NCBI GenBank assembly: GCA_019058245.1
Contig: JAHPZJ010000028.1
Span: 96,001 to 160,000 of the forward strand
Source: Promethearchaeota archaeon
GTDB taxonomy: Archaea > Asgardarchaeota > Lokiarchaeia > Sigyniarchaeales > SOKP01
Direction: 5' to 3'
DNA: 64,000 nt
Below, one piece after another: positions 51,453 through 62,207 of the stretch; the stretch's first letter is position 1; every line of letters begins with the position of its first letter. The translations under genes and the position numbers were made by a program. The notes under the pieces were generated by a model. That model had not been told where the DNA came from and did no database searches. It was given only the letters and a program-made list of their open reading frames with translations.

Positions 51453-51898
51453 CTTGATGTACTCATTATTTTAATTTTATAAAAACTTCAATTATTACAT
51501 TTGATGATCTTCTATAATAATTAAAATGATAGAATTATATTTTACAATATAGCTTTTAAAAAAACTATTATTTATAATAGATAATAGAAAATGCTTCAAA
51601 TCTAAATAATCATAGACTCAAAATACTATTATTAACTGGTTTTAAAATTAAAAGCTTCTTTCAATTTTTTTATAAAAATTATTGAAATATCTTTTTATTT
51701 TTGAAAAGATCTGAAGTTTTCTTCTTATATATTAATGCCTATAACTTTAAAAATGAGATTATCTGATCGGACATTAGAATTAAAATTTGAATTAATAAGT
51801 ATCCTGTTTTCAATAGTATTATTATATGATACTTCAAAATAGTGTACTAATTTGGATATATTAATCATAAAACCCTAAAAAATTAAAGTGAAATTCAT

Positions 51899-52519
51899 AT
51901 GGAAAAGATAAATAATCTTAATCTAATAGCCTATGAAAATATAATTATTGCTAAAAAAGAAAAATTGGTAGCCTTAGAATTAAAAAACTTAGCTATTAAT
52001 CTCTTAAAAAAAGCAAAATCAAGAAAGAAATTTGTTGAAAAAGAAATAAAGTTAGCTCAAATAAGAAAGAAATTGGTTGAGAATAATGAAAAATTATTAC
52101 AAAACAAAATTAAATCTAAGGAATTATTAAAATTTCCTGAAGAAGTAATAAGGAATGAAAGAGATTTTATAAATTATCATGAGAAAGTTGCTGAAAATCA
52201 ATTAGAGTTAGCAGAACATCATGAAGAAATAGCAAAGTTTGAAGAAAAGTTAGCTGAACATAAGCTAATATTAGCAAATTCAAAAAGGCATCTAGCAAAA
52301 GTTCGGATTAAATTAGGAAAATTACAATTAAAATATGTAAAAATGATTCAAAAAAAAAAACATGAGAAAGCTCTAATAATAAAATCATTATATAAAAGAA
52401 AACAAAATGAGTTAACTCATCATCTGAAAGATGTAACAGAGAAAGAAAAGGACGTTAAAGATGTTCAAAATACCATAGCAATTTTAACAACAAAATTTTC
52501 TCAGATATTGGTAAAATAG
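51899..52519 (+). CDS. basic coiled-coil protein
   Basis: Lys/Glu/Leu heptads. Confidence 0.6.
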   Translation: MEKINNLNLIAYENIIIAKKEKLVALELKNLAINLLKKAKSRKKFVEKEIKLAQIRKKLVENNEKLLQNKIKSKELLKFPEEVIRNERDFINYHEKVAENQLELAEHHEEIAKFEEKLAEHKLILANSKRHLAKVRIKLGKLQLKYVKMIQKKKHEKALIIKSLYKRKQNELTHHLKDVTEKEKDVKDVQNTIAILTTKFSQILVK

Positions 52520-52701
52520 ATATCATTAATAGATTTTGAAAATTTACCAAATTTTAATACTTCTGCTGTTAAGCATAAACATTGACTAACCAATAAAAAT
52601 TATTTCCAAATGAATTTAATTTTATTTTTTTTTAGTAATTTTCTCTTTTTATTTATAATTTTTAGCCATAAGGTATTTATATATAATTATTTTCATTTGA
52701 G

Positions 52702-53616
52702 TTGATAAAAATGTTATCAGATAATAGAGCAAGTTTAGTTGGTGGAAACGTAATACGAGGAATAGGTTATTTTCTCTTCATTCTAGGGATTATGATATTA
52801 ATTGGTCTCATAGTTGCTTTAAATGTATTTGGAATTCCGCTTAATGTACTGGTATTTATTGGAATTAGCATAATGACTTTTATAGGATTCATTTTTATGG
52901 GTTTATATATTATCCCAGAGTGGATTAAAATACCTACATTATTATTAGGAAAATTTAAAAAAATGCGAGGTCCAGGAGTTATGTGGTTATTTCCATTTAT
53001 TTATCGAATTCCATTTTCTCTCGATATGAGGATAATTACAACCACATTCTCTGCTGAGCAAACATTAACAAAGGATAATGTACCTGTAAATGTTGATGCT
53101 GTGTTGTTTTGGAAAGTTGTAGATGCGTATAAGGCTTCTCTACGTGTTCAAGATTATAGAACTGCAATTGCGTGGGCTGCTCAAACTTCATTACGAGATG
53201 TAATTGGAAAAACAGAGCTGAGTCAGATGCTTGCGGGCAGGGACGAAATATCGCATGACCTTGAAAGAGTAATTGATGAGCGAACTGAAGAATGGGGTGT
53301 TAAATCTATCTCAGTAGAAATACGAGATGTTATAATTCCAACGGCATTACAAGATGCAATGAGCAGACAGGCACAAGCAGAAAGAGAACGCCAAGCGAGG
53401 GTTATATTAGCTGGTTCTGAGGAACAAATTGCGAATAAATTTCTTAATGCCGCTCAAATTTATGAAAGAGATGAAACTGCCTTAAATTTAAGAGCAATGA
53501 ACATTCTTTATGAATCTATGAAAGAAAAAGGAGGATGGATTGTTGTTCCCTCAGATATGGTAAACATATTAGGGGGAAGATTCAAACATCTTGAAGATTC
53601 CAAAACAGATAAATAA
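52702..53616 (+). CDS. SPFH/stomatin (slipin) family protein
   Basis: TKDNVPVNVDAV, AQTSLRDVIG, WGVK..SVEI, QAQAERERQA. Confidence 0.93.
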   Translation: MIKMLSDNRASLVGGNVIRGIGYFLFILGIMILIGLIVALNVFGIPLNVLVFIGISIMTFIGFIFMGLYIIPEWIKIPTLLLGKFKKMRGPGVMWLFPFIYRIPFSLDMRIITTTFSAEQTLTKDNVPVNVDAVLFWKVVDAYKASLRVQDYRTAIAWAAQTSLRDVIGKTELSQMLAGRDEISHDLERVIDERTEEWGVKSISVEIRDVIIPTALQDAMSRQAQAERERQARVILAGSEEQIANKFLNAAQIYERDETALNLRAMNILYESMKEKGGWIVVPSDMVNILGGRFKHLEDSKTDK

Positions 53617-53791
53617 TCTTTTTTTTTAGTTTCATTATGATTTGACAGGACTTCTATACTCCATAAAGTGTATTAAAATTATTTGGAACCAATTCATAGA
53701 AAATCATAGAACATTACTATTAAAAATAATTGAAGATATAGGGAAATAGGGGTAAAATATTACCAAATAATAATTGTTTTAAAAAAGGAAA

Positions 53792-54067
53792 ATGGAAAAA
53801 GATATAAAAAACGCAATTATAAAAAAATGCGAAACTGATCTTTCAAATAAAATCAATGAACTTATCCAAAAAGGGTTTTCAGTTTTTAATGCGATTGATG
53901 AATCTTTTAAAGAATATAAACTTGATGAAGAAATTATATTAAAATATGAATTTGAAATGATAAAAAAAGATAATAATGACAATAAAAATTTAGAGATATC
54001 ACCAGAACAAATTAATAAATTAATGGATGAAGTGAAAAAATTAGTCTATAATAAATTTATTGATTGA
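53792..54067 (+). CDS. hypothetical protein
   Basis: 91-aa ORF with AAGGA upstream. Confidence 0.5.
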   Translation: MEKDIKNAIIKKCETDLSNKINELIQKGFSVFNAIDESFKEYKLDEEIILKYEFEMIKKDNNDNKNLEISPEQINKLMDEVKKLVYNKFID

Positions 54068-54294
54068 ATTAATAACAATATCTTTTAAATTTAACTTAAA
54101 TAATGAAAGGAAAGAGTTTCTGCTTTATTTATATTTTACTTGCATTAAATTCTCAATGTATATAATTTGCAAAACGCTTAAAAAAAGGGGATAATTAAGA
54201 TTGTAAAAAAGTATTTTTCTATATTTTGGTTATAAAATTGATTTGAACATTATCATCTTATTTTCAGAGATCTACGATTTTCATTATTAAACTT

Positions 54295-55218
54295 TCAAAT
54301 TAAACTATTTATTTCTTTTAATCTTGTCCTTAGAGTAATTTCAGAAATATTCGCTATCTTACATATATGTTTTTGTGTTCGAAATTCTCCATTTTTTTTT
54401 GATACATAATACAGAGATGCAGCAGCAATTCCTTTAGGGTCTCTTCCTGATGTTACTAGTCCTTTCATTTTACTCTCCTTAATAATTTTTATAGCATTAT
54501 TCCGACTATTTAGAGATAAATCTAATTCGTCATAAAATTTATCTATATAGTCTTGAGGTGTAAAATTGTGAAGTCTTATATTTAATACTGGAAGAATCTT
54601 GGCAAATAGTATATTATAACAAGAAACAAACATTTTTTTAGAAATTTGAAATGCGGAAACAAGTTCTCCAATTATTATTGGGATTTTGTGCCTTTTTAGC
54701 GCAAAATAAAGAGATGCACACAGTATTCCATTAATTGTTCTTCCTTTTGTTAGTTTTGCTTTAGCAGCAATAATATAGATCCTGAAAGTACTTTCGATAA
54801 TATATTTTGGAAGATTCAAATGAGTTTTGATCTGATCTAATTTCGATATTGCAATCCATAAATTCCTTTCAAGTCCATTTACTAAACCTCTATTTATTTT
54901 AGATAATCTTTTATAATTTCTTAAAGCAATTGGAGTTAAAAAATTTCCTTTCCCATCTGAATTACCCTTAATTATAGTACGAGGGCCAAATGGGGAACGT
55001 ACAGGTTCAAAATTAATAAAATTTTTTTTCTCCCCAAAATACATTTTCCGGTCAGGCTTATTAGAAATTATTCTAGATTGGATTATTCCACAATTTGTAC
55101 AAACTTCGTATCCATTAGAAGAAATTATATTTGGATTTGAACAACATTTTGGTTCTTCTTTTTTTAAAAATGCTCTATTGTAATTGTTTCTGGTTATTAA
55201 CTGTATTATTTTTATCAC
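54295..55218 (-). CDS. tfb: transcription initiation factor IIB paralog
   Basis: Zn ribbon CC...VCTNCG, ERNL, KGR, GRDPKGIAAASLY, RTQ..I...SEITLRTR. Confidence 0.9.
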   Translation of the reverse strand: MIKIIQLITRNNYNRAFLKKEEPKCCSNPNIISSNGYEVCTNCGIIQSRIISNKPDRKMYFGEKKNFINFEPVRSPFGPRTIIKGNSDGKGNFLTPIALRNYKRLSKINRGLVNGLERNLWIAISKLDQIKTHLNLPKYIIESTFRIYIIAAKAKLTKGRTINGILCASLYFALKRHKIPIIIGELVSAFQISKKMFVSCYNILFAKILPVLNIRLHNFTPQDYIDKFYDELDLSLNSRNNAIKIIKESKMKGLVTSGRDPKGIAAASLYYVSKKNGEFRTQKHICKIANISEITLRTRLKEINSLI

Positions 55219-55434
55219 ACCTTATTTTAAAATTCAAATTAATTTACATTAGTTAAAAATATTTTATTTGAAATATCGAATTTGTCCAGAATGATATGGG
55301 GTTTTTCATTAGACTTCTTAGACTTTAATGGAATTTTTAATTCAATTTTAAAATCCTCAATAAAATGATTTATAAAGATTTCTGAGGTCGATTTATCATA
55401 CTCTATAAAAACCTTCAATCTAAAATAGTCTTCT

Positions 55435-55956
55435 TTATAAGTCAATAATCTCATTCTTTTCCACCTTTTTGATACAATTACATGATCTAAAATAAAAGTC
55501 AACCGGGACGACGATTTCATTTATTATATCTGTTATAATATCTGTTTCAATTTCATTTACATTAGGATTATTTCTAAAATGAAAATTAACAATTTTATCT
55601 AAACCTTTCAATGTAGGATAAGCAATAATTATCATAAAATCTGAAATTCCACTTAATCTATATCCCTGGATCATATATGGACAGGATCCAATCATTTTTT
55701 TGATACTATTAGGATCTAATGATTGAAAACTTACCTTTGCTAAATAATAACCTGTGCTTTTTAGATTTAAACCTGCTTGAAATTGTAATATTCCCAATTT
55801 TTCAAGTTTTTTTATTCTCATTCCTACAGTTGGTTGACTCTTATTTATTCTTTGTGCAATTTGTGTATGGGTAGTAGTTGGATCTCTTTGGATAAAATCA
55901 ACAATTTTTTTATCAGTTTCATCTAAAATATATGTTTGGACAACCATAATGTTCAA
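55435..55956 (-). CDS. Lrp/AsnC-family regulator
   Basis: LDETDKKIV...IAQRINKSQPTVGMRIKKLEKLG, YRLSG. Confidence 0.85.
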   Translation of the reverse strand: MNIMVVQTYILDETDKKIVDFIQRDPTTTHTQIAQRINKSQPTVGMRIKKLEKLGILQFQAGLNLKSTGYYLAKVSFQSLDPNSIKKMIGSCPYMIQGYRLSGISDFMIIIAYPTLKGLDKIVNFHFRNNPNVNEIETDIITDIINEIVVPVDFYFRSCNCIKKVEKNEIIDL

Positions 55957-56025
55957 CTCATCTTCTTTTTGTTAGTTTTAAAGATTTTTTTTGTATCCAT
56001 TTTTCTAATCTTATTATAAAATAAT

Positions 56026-56073
56026 AATATTGCGATATTTAAATATTGCGATTTTGAAATATTATGATATTCC
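56026..56073. promoter_or_regulatory. three tandem 16-bp semi-palindromic repeats, probable operator array
   Basis: AATATTGCGATATTTA / AATATTGCGATTTTGA / AATATTATGATATTCC between divergent Lrp and ArsR genes. Confidence 0.6.
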
Positions 56074-56186
56074 AAATTCATTATATTTAAATTTATAAAG
56101 GATCTTATTTATATTGATAATACTCTGTCTATATTTGAGCCTCATTTAAATCATTAAGATAGAGAAAAATTAGTATATGGGGAATA

Positions 56187-56528
56187 ATGGGAATGGATGA
56201 ATTAACAGAAGCTACATCAGAATTTTTAAAAATATTAAGTGATCCTTATAAATTAGAAATTATTAAATTTCTAAAAAATGGAGAAAAAACATCAAAAGAC
56301 ATCGAAGATGTTTTAAACATTAGCCAATCTTACACATCTCAACTATTAAAACAATTAGTAAAAGCAAATATTATATCTCATAAACGAAATAAAAGTATTA
56401 AATACTACTTTATAAAAACAATTAATATTTTCAGAGTAATTTCTGCTGTTAATTCAATTGTTATTGAGTTACATAAAAATAAGTTTCAAAAATTAATTGA
56501 TTCAGATAATATTGAAAAATTAAAATAG
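56187..56528 (+). CDS. ArsR-family regulator
   Basis: LKILSDPYKLEII, ISQSYTSQLLKQL. Confidence 0.85.
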   Translation: MGMDELTEATSEFLKILSDPYKLEIIKFLKNGEKTSKDIEDVLNISQSYTSQLLKQLVKANIISHKRNKSIKYYFIKTINIFRVISAVNSIVIELHKNKFQKLIDSDNIEKLK

Positions 56529-56568
56529 CTAAAAAGGCTTTAAGGTATACAGTTTTTATTATTCGATT

Positions 56569-57111
56569 ATGTCTATAATCAATAAATCAAAAGAGAGGAA
56601 AATTCTAGTATTAGGATTAGAAAAAAGTGGTAAAACTACTATTATCTTAAATTTTATTGGAAAATTTATTTTATCTGATTATATCTCTTTAGAGGAAACA
56701 CATAATCCCAATATTATTAAATTAGAAAAAGATGGTTCAAAATTTACTATTTGGGATTTTAATGGTAAAGAAATTTATCGAAATGAATTTTTAAAGAATT
56801 TTAACGATTATATTACTAATACAAAAGAAATTTTTTACGTTATTGATATACAAGATATGAAGAGTTATGATTTGACATTTAATTTTTTACAACAAATTAT
56901 AGAAAAGCTGGAAAAATTTGCTATTAATGTAGAATTTACATTTTTTCTTCATAAATACGACCATAATTTTTTTAAACGGTTTCCAGACATTAGTAATGAA
57001 AGAATAGAACGTTTTATAGAAAGAATTAAAAACGTCATTCCTCCAGACGTTTTTTATGAAATTTTTAAAACAACAATTTATACAGTTTTAGATAAAACTC
57101 ATGTTTATTAA
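56569..57111 (+). CDS. Arf/Rag-like small GTPase, degenerate
   Basis: GLEKSGKTT, WDFNGK, HKYD, KTTIY. Confidence 0.75.
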   Translation: MSIINKSKERKILVLGLEKSGKTTIILNFIGKFILSDYISLEETHNPNIIKLEKDGSKFTIWDFNGKEIYRNEFLKNFNDYITNTKEIFYVIDIQDMKSYDLTFNFLQQIIEKLEKFAINVEFTFFLHKYDHNFFKRFPDISNERIERFIERIKNVIPPDVFYEIFKTTIYTVLDKTHVY

Positions 57112-57212
57112 AAGGGATAATGATCTTTTAAAGCTAATCGTTAAGGATTGCAATTTTGAAACATATACACCAATTTTTCAGTTTTACGTATTATATTATT
57201 TTTATAAACTTT

Positions 57213-57848
57213 TTATTCGTAATGCAAAATCCTAATGATCTCTGCAATATGATGGATTTTATCAATAAATTGTTCTAATGTAATAACAGTATCTCGAATT
57301 ACCAACAGATTTCTAATGTTTAAATCTTTATCTTTATAAAGATAATTTAAAAATTGATGAAATATTATATCTATTGAGTTAGCAAGCTCATGGATCTTAT
57401 TAATATTGTAATTTACCATATTGGGGTTTACTAAAAGCAATTTAATTGATTCTTTTAATAATTCTACCATTTGCAATATTGTATTAATTGATTTATGATA
57501 CAGTTCTTTCATTTCAGGTGTTACATCATTCAAATCTATGTACATTAATAGATCGACAAACTTTAAAGCTAAGTACGATAGGTTATCCATTTTCAGAATT
57601 AATGTAATAAATTCACCTGAACCTAGATTTGTAACTTCAGAAAAATTCTCTATTGTTTGATTTTTTATTGAATCTGCTTCTTCAATATCAAATTTCAATT
57701 TATTTAACTTTTTTTCTAGTATTTCTTTATTAATTTTTGAATTTTTCGCCCAAGCAATATAAAATACACCCATATCGCTAATAATCGAATAAACAACTCT
57801 TGAGTGATTAACAAGCATTTCGATTATCTCTTTTTTGACTTTTTCCAT
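57213..57848 (-). CDS. DUF47/PhoU-like protein, paralog of 44333-44971
   Basis: MLVNHSRVVYSIISDMGVFY, EEADSIK, LEQFIDKIHHIAE. Confidence 0.8.
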   Translation of the reverse strand: MEKVKKEIIEMLVNHSRVVYSIISDMGVFYIAWAKNSKINKEILEKKLNKLKFDIEEADSIKNQTIENFSEVTNLGSGEFITLILKMDNLSYLALKFVDLLMYIDLNDVTPEMKELYHKSINTILQMVELLKESIKLLLVNPNMVNYNINKIHELANSIDIIFHQFLNYLYKDKDLNIRNLLVIRDTVITLEQFIDKIHHIAEIIRILHYE

Positions 57849-57913
57849 AATATCATTTCATCATTCATATATATTTTTAAAATTCATTTTATCTTTTTAA
57901 TAGAAAAATTGTT

Positions 57914-60010
57914 TTATAAAATTATTAATGCTCCAAAAGCAATGAAGATAGGAGCAAAAGCTATTGAAACCGTATTTATTACTTTGACAAGAATATGTAG
58001 GGATGGACCTGCCGTATCTTTTAAAGGATCACCGAATGTGTCTCCGACAATTGAAGCTTTATGCGCTACGGAACCTTTTCCCCCTAAGATTCCTCCTTCG
58101 ATTGCTTTTTTAGTATTGTCAAGAGCTCCTCCACCGGTATTTAAAACAAATCCTAAAATTATACCTGATATAGTGCCAGATATTATAAATGCAGCTAACG
58201 CGACAGGACCAAATAAAAAACCAAGAATAATAGGAGTTAAAGTAGGTAATAATGCAGGAACTATCATTTGCTTTAAAGCTACTTTAGTACCAGTATCAAT
58301 ACATTTCTCATAATCTGGTAATGATTTATTTTCAAGTATTCCTGGTTCTTCTTCAAATTGTCGTTGGATCTCTTTAATCATTCCATATGCTGCCACCCCT
58401 GCTGACCTAATTGCTAATGCAGAAAAAATAAAAGGAATCACTGCTCCGATTAGTAATGCACATAATATTACAGGATGATAAATATTAACATCAATAGTTT
58501 TAATTTCTTCTAAATAAGCTTCAAATAATATTATAGCAGATAATGCAGCGCAAGTAATACCAAATCCTTTTGCTAATGCTTTGGTTGTATTGCCTACAGC
58601 ATCTAACCTATCTAAGTTATATCGTACTTTTTCTCCTTGATGTGACATTTCTGCTATTCCAGCAGCATTATCAGATACGGGTCCAAAACCATCAAACGCC
58701 AATATTATAGTTGTAATTGATAATAATCCCATTGTTGCGACAGTTATCCCAAATACTCCTCCTAAATATGGATTAAAATTGTTCACTATCCCATATTGTT
58801 CACCAAGAAGAAATGTTATAATAATTGCTATAACAAATGAGATTACTGGAATTGTGGGAGATTCTAAACCTAAAGAAAAACCACTTATTACATTTGTAGC
58901 CGCACCAGTTTCAGAACTTTTTATAACATGTTTTACTGGTCTATATCTTGAGGATGTATAATAATCAACCAGAAAATAAGTTGATAATCCTAATGCTATT
59001 CCTAAAACGGAACAAATGAATAAATATTGCCAACCTGTTTGAAAGCAAATCAGTGTTAATATTAAGAAAATAAGTATATTAAATATTGCTGAAGCAGTAA
59101 GACTTCTTGCAAATGCCGCAATCGGAGATTTATCTTTTTCTTTAATCTTTACAAAATATCCACTTATCATACCAGTAACATTACCTAAAGCTCTTGAGAT
59201 TAAGGAAAAAATAATGAATAACGGATTATTTGTAATTGCACTTAAAGCTGCCCCAATCATCATTGCTGCAATGTTATTTGCTGAAGAAGATTCATAGAGA
59301 TCTGCCCCTCTACCTGCACAATCTCCAACATTATCGCCAACATTGTCGGCTATAGCTGCGGGATTCCTTATATCATCCTCGGGTAATCCATATTCTAATT
59401 TTCCTACTAAATCAGCTCCAATATCTGCTCCTTTTGTATATATCCCACCCCCTAATTGAGCAAAGAGAGCCGAAAAAGATGCTCCAAAAGCAAAACCAAC
59501 AATATTTTGAATATTGAAATTAGACAATAGGTATAAAATGCTAATTCCTAATAAAGAAATAGAAATTACTGAAACTCCAATTACCATTCCAGCATTAAAT
59601 CCTATTTTTAAAGCGCTATTCAGGTCCTTTTTACAAGCTTGTGTTACTTTTACATTTGATAAAGTTGATACAATCATACTGATATAACTTGCTATTAAAG
59701 ATGTTATTGCCCCAATTATAAATGATACCGCTAATGGTATATTAAAAATAAAAAGTAAGCCAGAAATAATTATTAAGACTATACTAATAGTTTTAAATTG
59801 CCTTTTTAGATAAGCATTAGATCCTAATTTGATTAAATCGTGTATTTTTACCATTTCTTCTGTTCCATTTTCTAAATTTGACAACTTTTTCATAAGCCAC
59901 ATTATATAAAATAATCCTAAAATGGACAATATAATTACTAAAACAAAAAATATCCAGTATAATGAAAGAAAATGGAAACTCACATTATTTACATTAAAGT
60001 CTACAGTCAT
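57914..60010 (-). CDS. hppA: membrane H+-translocating pyrophosphatase, K+-independent type
   Basis: GGGIYTKGADIGADLVGKLE, DNVGDNVGD, GNTTKA (Lys signature), GDTFGDPLKDTAGP. Confidence 0.95.
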   Translation of the reverse strand: MTVDFNVNNVSFHFLSLYWIFFVLVIILSILGLFYIMWLMKKLSNLENGTEEMVKIHDLIKLGSNAYLKRQFKTISIVLIIISGLLFIFNIPLAVSFIIGAITSLIASYISMIVSTLSNVKVTQACKKDLNSALKIGFNAGMVIGVSVISISLLGISILYLLSNFNIQNIVGFAFGASFSALFAQLGGGIYTKGADIGADLVGKLEYGLPEDDIRNPAAIADNVGDNVGDCAGRGADLYESSSANNIAAMMIGAALSAITNNPLFIIFSLISRALGNVTGMISGYFVKIKEKDKSPIAAFARSLTASAIFNILIFLILTLICFQTGWQYLFICSVLGIALGLSTYFLVDYYTSSRYRPVKHVIKSSETGAATNVISGFSLGLESPTIPVISFVIAIIITFLLGEQYGIVNNFNPYLGGVFGITVATMGLLSITTIILAFDGFGPVSDNAAGIAEMSHQGEKVRYNLDRLDAVGNTTKALAKGFGITCAALSAIILFEAYLEEIKTIDVNIYHPVILCALLIGAVIPFIFSALAIRSAGVAAYGMIKEIQRQFEEEPGILENKSLPDYEKCIDTGTKVALKQMIVPALLPTLTPIILGFLFGPVALAAFIISGTISGIILGFVLNTGGGALDNTKKAIEGGILGGKGSVAHKASIVGDTFGDPLKDTAGPSLHILVKVINTVSIAFAPIFIAFGALIIL

Positions 60011-60304
60011 CTTTTACAATATTCTCGAATTTAGTTTTATTCTTATTCAGATAATTGCCTTTATAAAGCTATGTATAAAATTTTTAAAATCAAATTACTC
60101 TAATAATTAGTAATATATTTTTGATAGAAAAGTCGTCTTAGAGCATCTAAATGATTAATAGTAAAAAATAAGGTTAAAGACCTAATTTTTAAAATCAGTT
60201 GAATAAAATTTCAAAAAACTAATTTTTTTTAAGGCATATCCTTATAACACTAAAAACAATAATAATCATTATAATTTTAACACTTACCAAGGTGTAATTT
60301 AAAA

Positions 60305-62014
60305 ATGAATGATGATGAAAAAGATCAAGAGATTGCATATTTTTCTATGGAAATTGCTTTAGAGAGTAGTTTCCCTATTTATTCTGGAGGTTTGGGAATT
60401 TTGGCAGGAGATACCCTTCGATCTGCTGCAGATATGGGATTACCTATGATAGCTATCACATTGACATACGATGCAGGATACTTCTATCAACAAATTGGCT
60501 CAAATGGAGAACAAATCGAAAAAGAAATGGAATGGGATTTTAGTAATGATTTTAAAAAAATTGACCAACAAGTAACTCTCGAACTACAAGATAAATTAAT
60601 TAAGGTTGAATCCTGGAGTTATGAAGTTATAGGGAGAAATGGGCATAAAATAACAGTCTTATTATTGGATACTGATCTTAATGAAAATGAACCTTGGCAA
60701 AGAAATTTAACACATATGTTATATGATGCGAATCCATTTCAACGAATAGCTCAAGAGATGATTCTTGGTATTTGTGGGTATAGAATGTTAGAAAAATTAG
60801 GATATGATAACATTAAAACCTATCATCTAAATGAAGGACACGCTGCTTTTTTAATCTTTGAACTTCTAAAAAAGTATAAAAATCTAGAAGAAGTAAAGAG
60901 ACATTGTGTATTTACAACTCATACTCCAGTAAAAGCGGGACTTGAGGAATTTGATTACAATTTGGTAAATGATGTATTTCGAAATCGTATACCAGATCAA
61001 ATCCATGAATTTGGAGGAAAAAACAAACTAAATATGACTATTCTAGCTTTAAATGCCAGTGGTTATATTAATGCTGTTTCAAAAAAACACTCTGAAATCT
61101 CAAAAAAAATGTTTCCAAACTATGAAATTAATCATATTACAAATGGAATTCATGTAGGATATTGGTTATCTCCATATATGAGAGATTTTTTAAATGAAGA
61201 ATTAACTCGAGATTGGCATCATAATATAAAACTTTTTGAGAACGCTTTGAATTTAGATAGCTATGAGTTATGGAGAGTACATAATAAAGCAAAAAGAAAT
61301 CTTATTGAATATGAGAATTCACATTCCTGGATTTTATTTGATAAAAATTTATTGACAATTGGTTTTTGTAGGAGAATTGCTGAATACAAGCGGCCTCTAT
61401 TAATTTTTAATGACCTTGAACGTTTAGCCAAAATTATCAAGAAAAAAGCACAACTAATTTTTGCTGGAAAAGCACATCCAGCAGATCTACAATCTAAAGA
61501 TTATATAAGAAAGATTCATGAATATAGTGATTATTTATGGAATTCATACGGTATAGGTCTTATATTTTTAGAAAATTATGAGATTTCACTAGCAAAATCA
61601 TTAGTGAGTGGAGTTGATTTATGGTTAAATAATCCTAGACGATATTTAGAGGCAAGTGGGACAAGTGGTATGAAAGCATCAATTAATGGTGTACTTAATT
61701 TTTCTACCTTAGACGGATGGTGGATAGAGGGTTATTTTATGTCTGATAAGAAAGCAGGATGGGCAATAGGTCCTGAACCATCTGATCCAAAAGCACAAAT
61801 TGCAGATGATTCTATAGATGTTGAAGATATGTATAATAAATTAGAAAGTGAAATAATACCTCTATTTTATCATAGTAGAGATGAATGGCAAGAAAGAATG
61901 AAATATGCAATTAGGTTGGGTGCATATTTTAATACAAATCGTATGATGGAAGAATATGCTTTGAAATCTTATAATTTGATAAAGCAGCGAATATGGAAAA
62001 GTAAAATTGATTAA
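60305..62014 (+). CDS. glgP: alpha-glucan (glycogen/maltodextrin) phosphorylase
   Basis: YFSME, YSGGLGILAGD, HLNEGH, RR.AEYKR, EASGTSGMKA, DGWW. Confidence 0.95.
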   Translation: MNDDEKDQEIAYFSMEIALESSFPIYSGGLGILAGDTLRSAADMGLPMIAITLTYDAGYFYQQIGSNGEQIEKEMEWDFSNDFKKIDQQVTLELQDKLIKVESWSYEVIGRNGHKITVLLLDTDLNENEPWQRNLTHMLYDANPFQRIAQEMILGICGYRMLEKLGYDNIKTYHLNEGHAAFLIFELLKKYKNLEEVKRHCVFTTHTPVKAGLEEFDYNLVNDVFRNRIPDQIHEFGGKNKLNMTILALNASGYINAVSKKHSEISKKMFPNYEINHITNGIHVGYWLSPYMRDFLNEELTRDWHHNIKLFENALNLDSYELWRVHNKAKRNLIEYENSHSWILFDKNLLTIGFCRRIAEYKRPLLIFNDLERLAKIIKKKAQLIFAGKAHPADLQSKDYIRKIHEYSDYLWNSYGIGLIFLENYEISLAKSLVSGVDLWLNNPRRYLEASGTSGMKASINGVLNFSTLDGWWIEGYFMSDKKAGWAIGPEPSDPKAQIADDSIDVEDMYNKLESEIIPLFYHSRDEWQERMKYAIRLGAYFNTNRMMEEYALKSYNLIKQRIWKSKID

Positions 62015-62207
62015 TTGACTAAAAAAGTAATGGAATTTCTATTAAAAAGAAAAATACGCAGAATCTTAATAGAAGAATTATAGAATCTTTTCAATTAAAT
62101 TTTAATTTATAAAAATAATAGAATATCTTTAAGAATCAGATTTTTTTACTATTTTATAAATTTTATAAATATCTTTTGAAAAAAGATGAACAATTAAAAT
62201 TAATAGA

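Noticed and set aside
55239-55520. 93-aa ORF between tfb and the Lrp gene
   Set aside because: Overlaps the Lrp gene by 86 nt and has no recognisable motif; a shorter real gene cannot be excluded
56026-56073. Possible mini CRISPR array
   Set aside because: 16-bp tandem units without spacers and no cas genes
5464-60110. Numerous 60-170 aa ORFs nested in or antisense to long genes (e.g. 9656, 9923, 46077, 57804)
   Set aside because: Fully overlap well-supported CDSs; typical shadow ORFs
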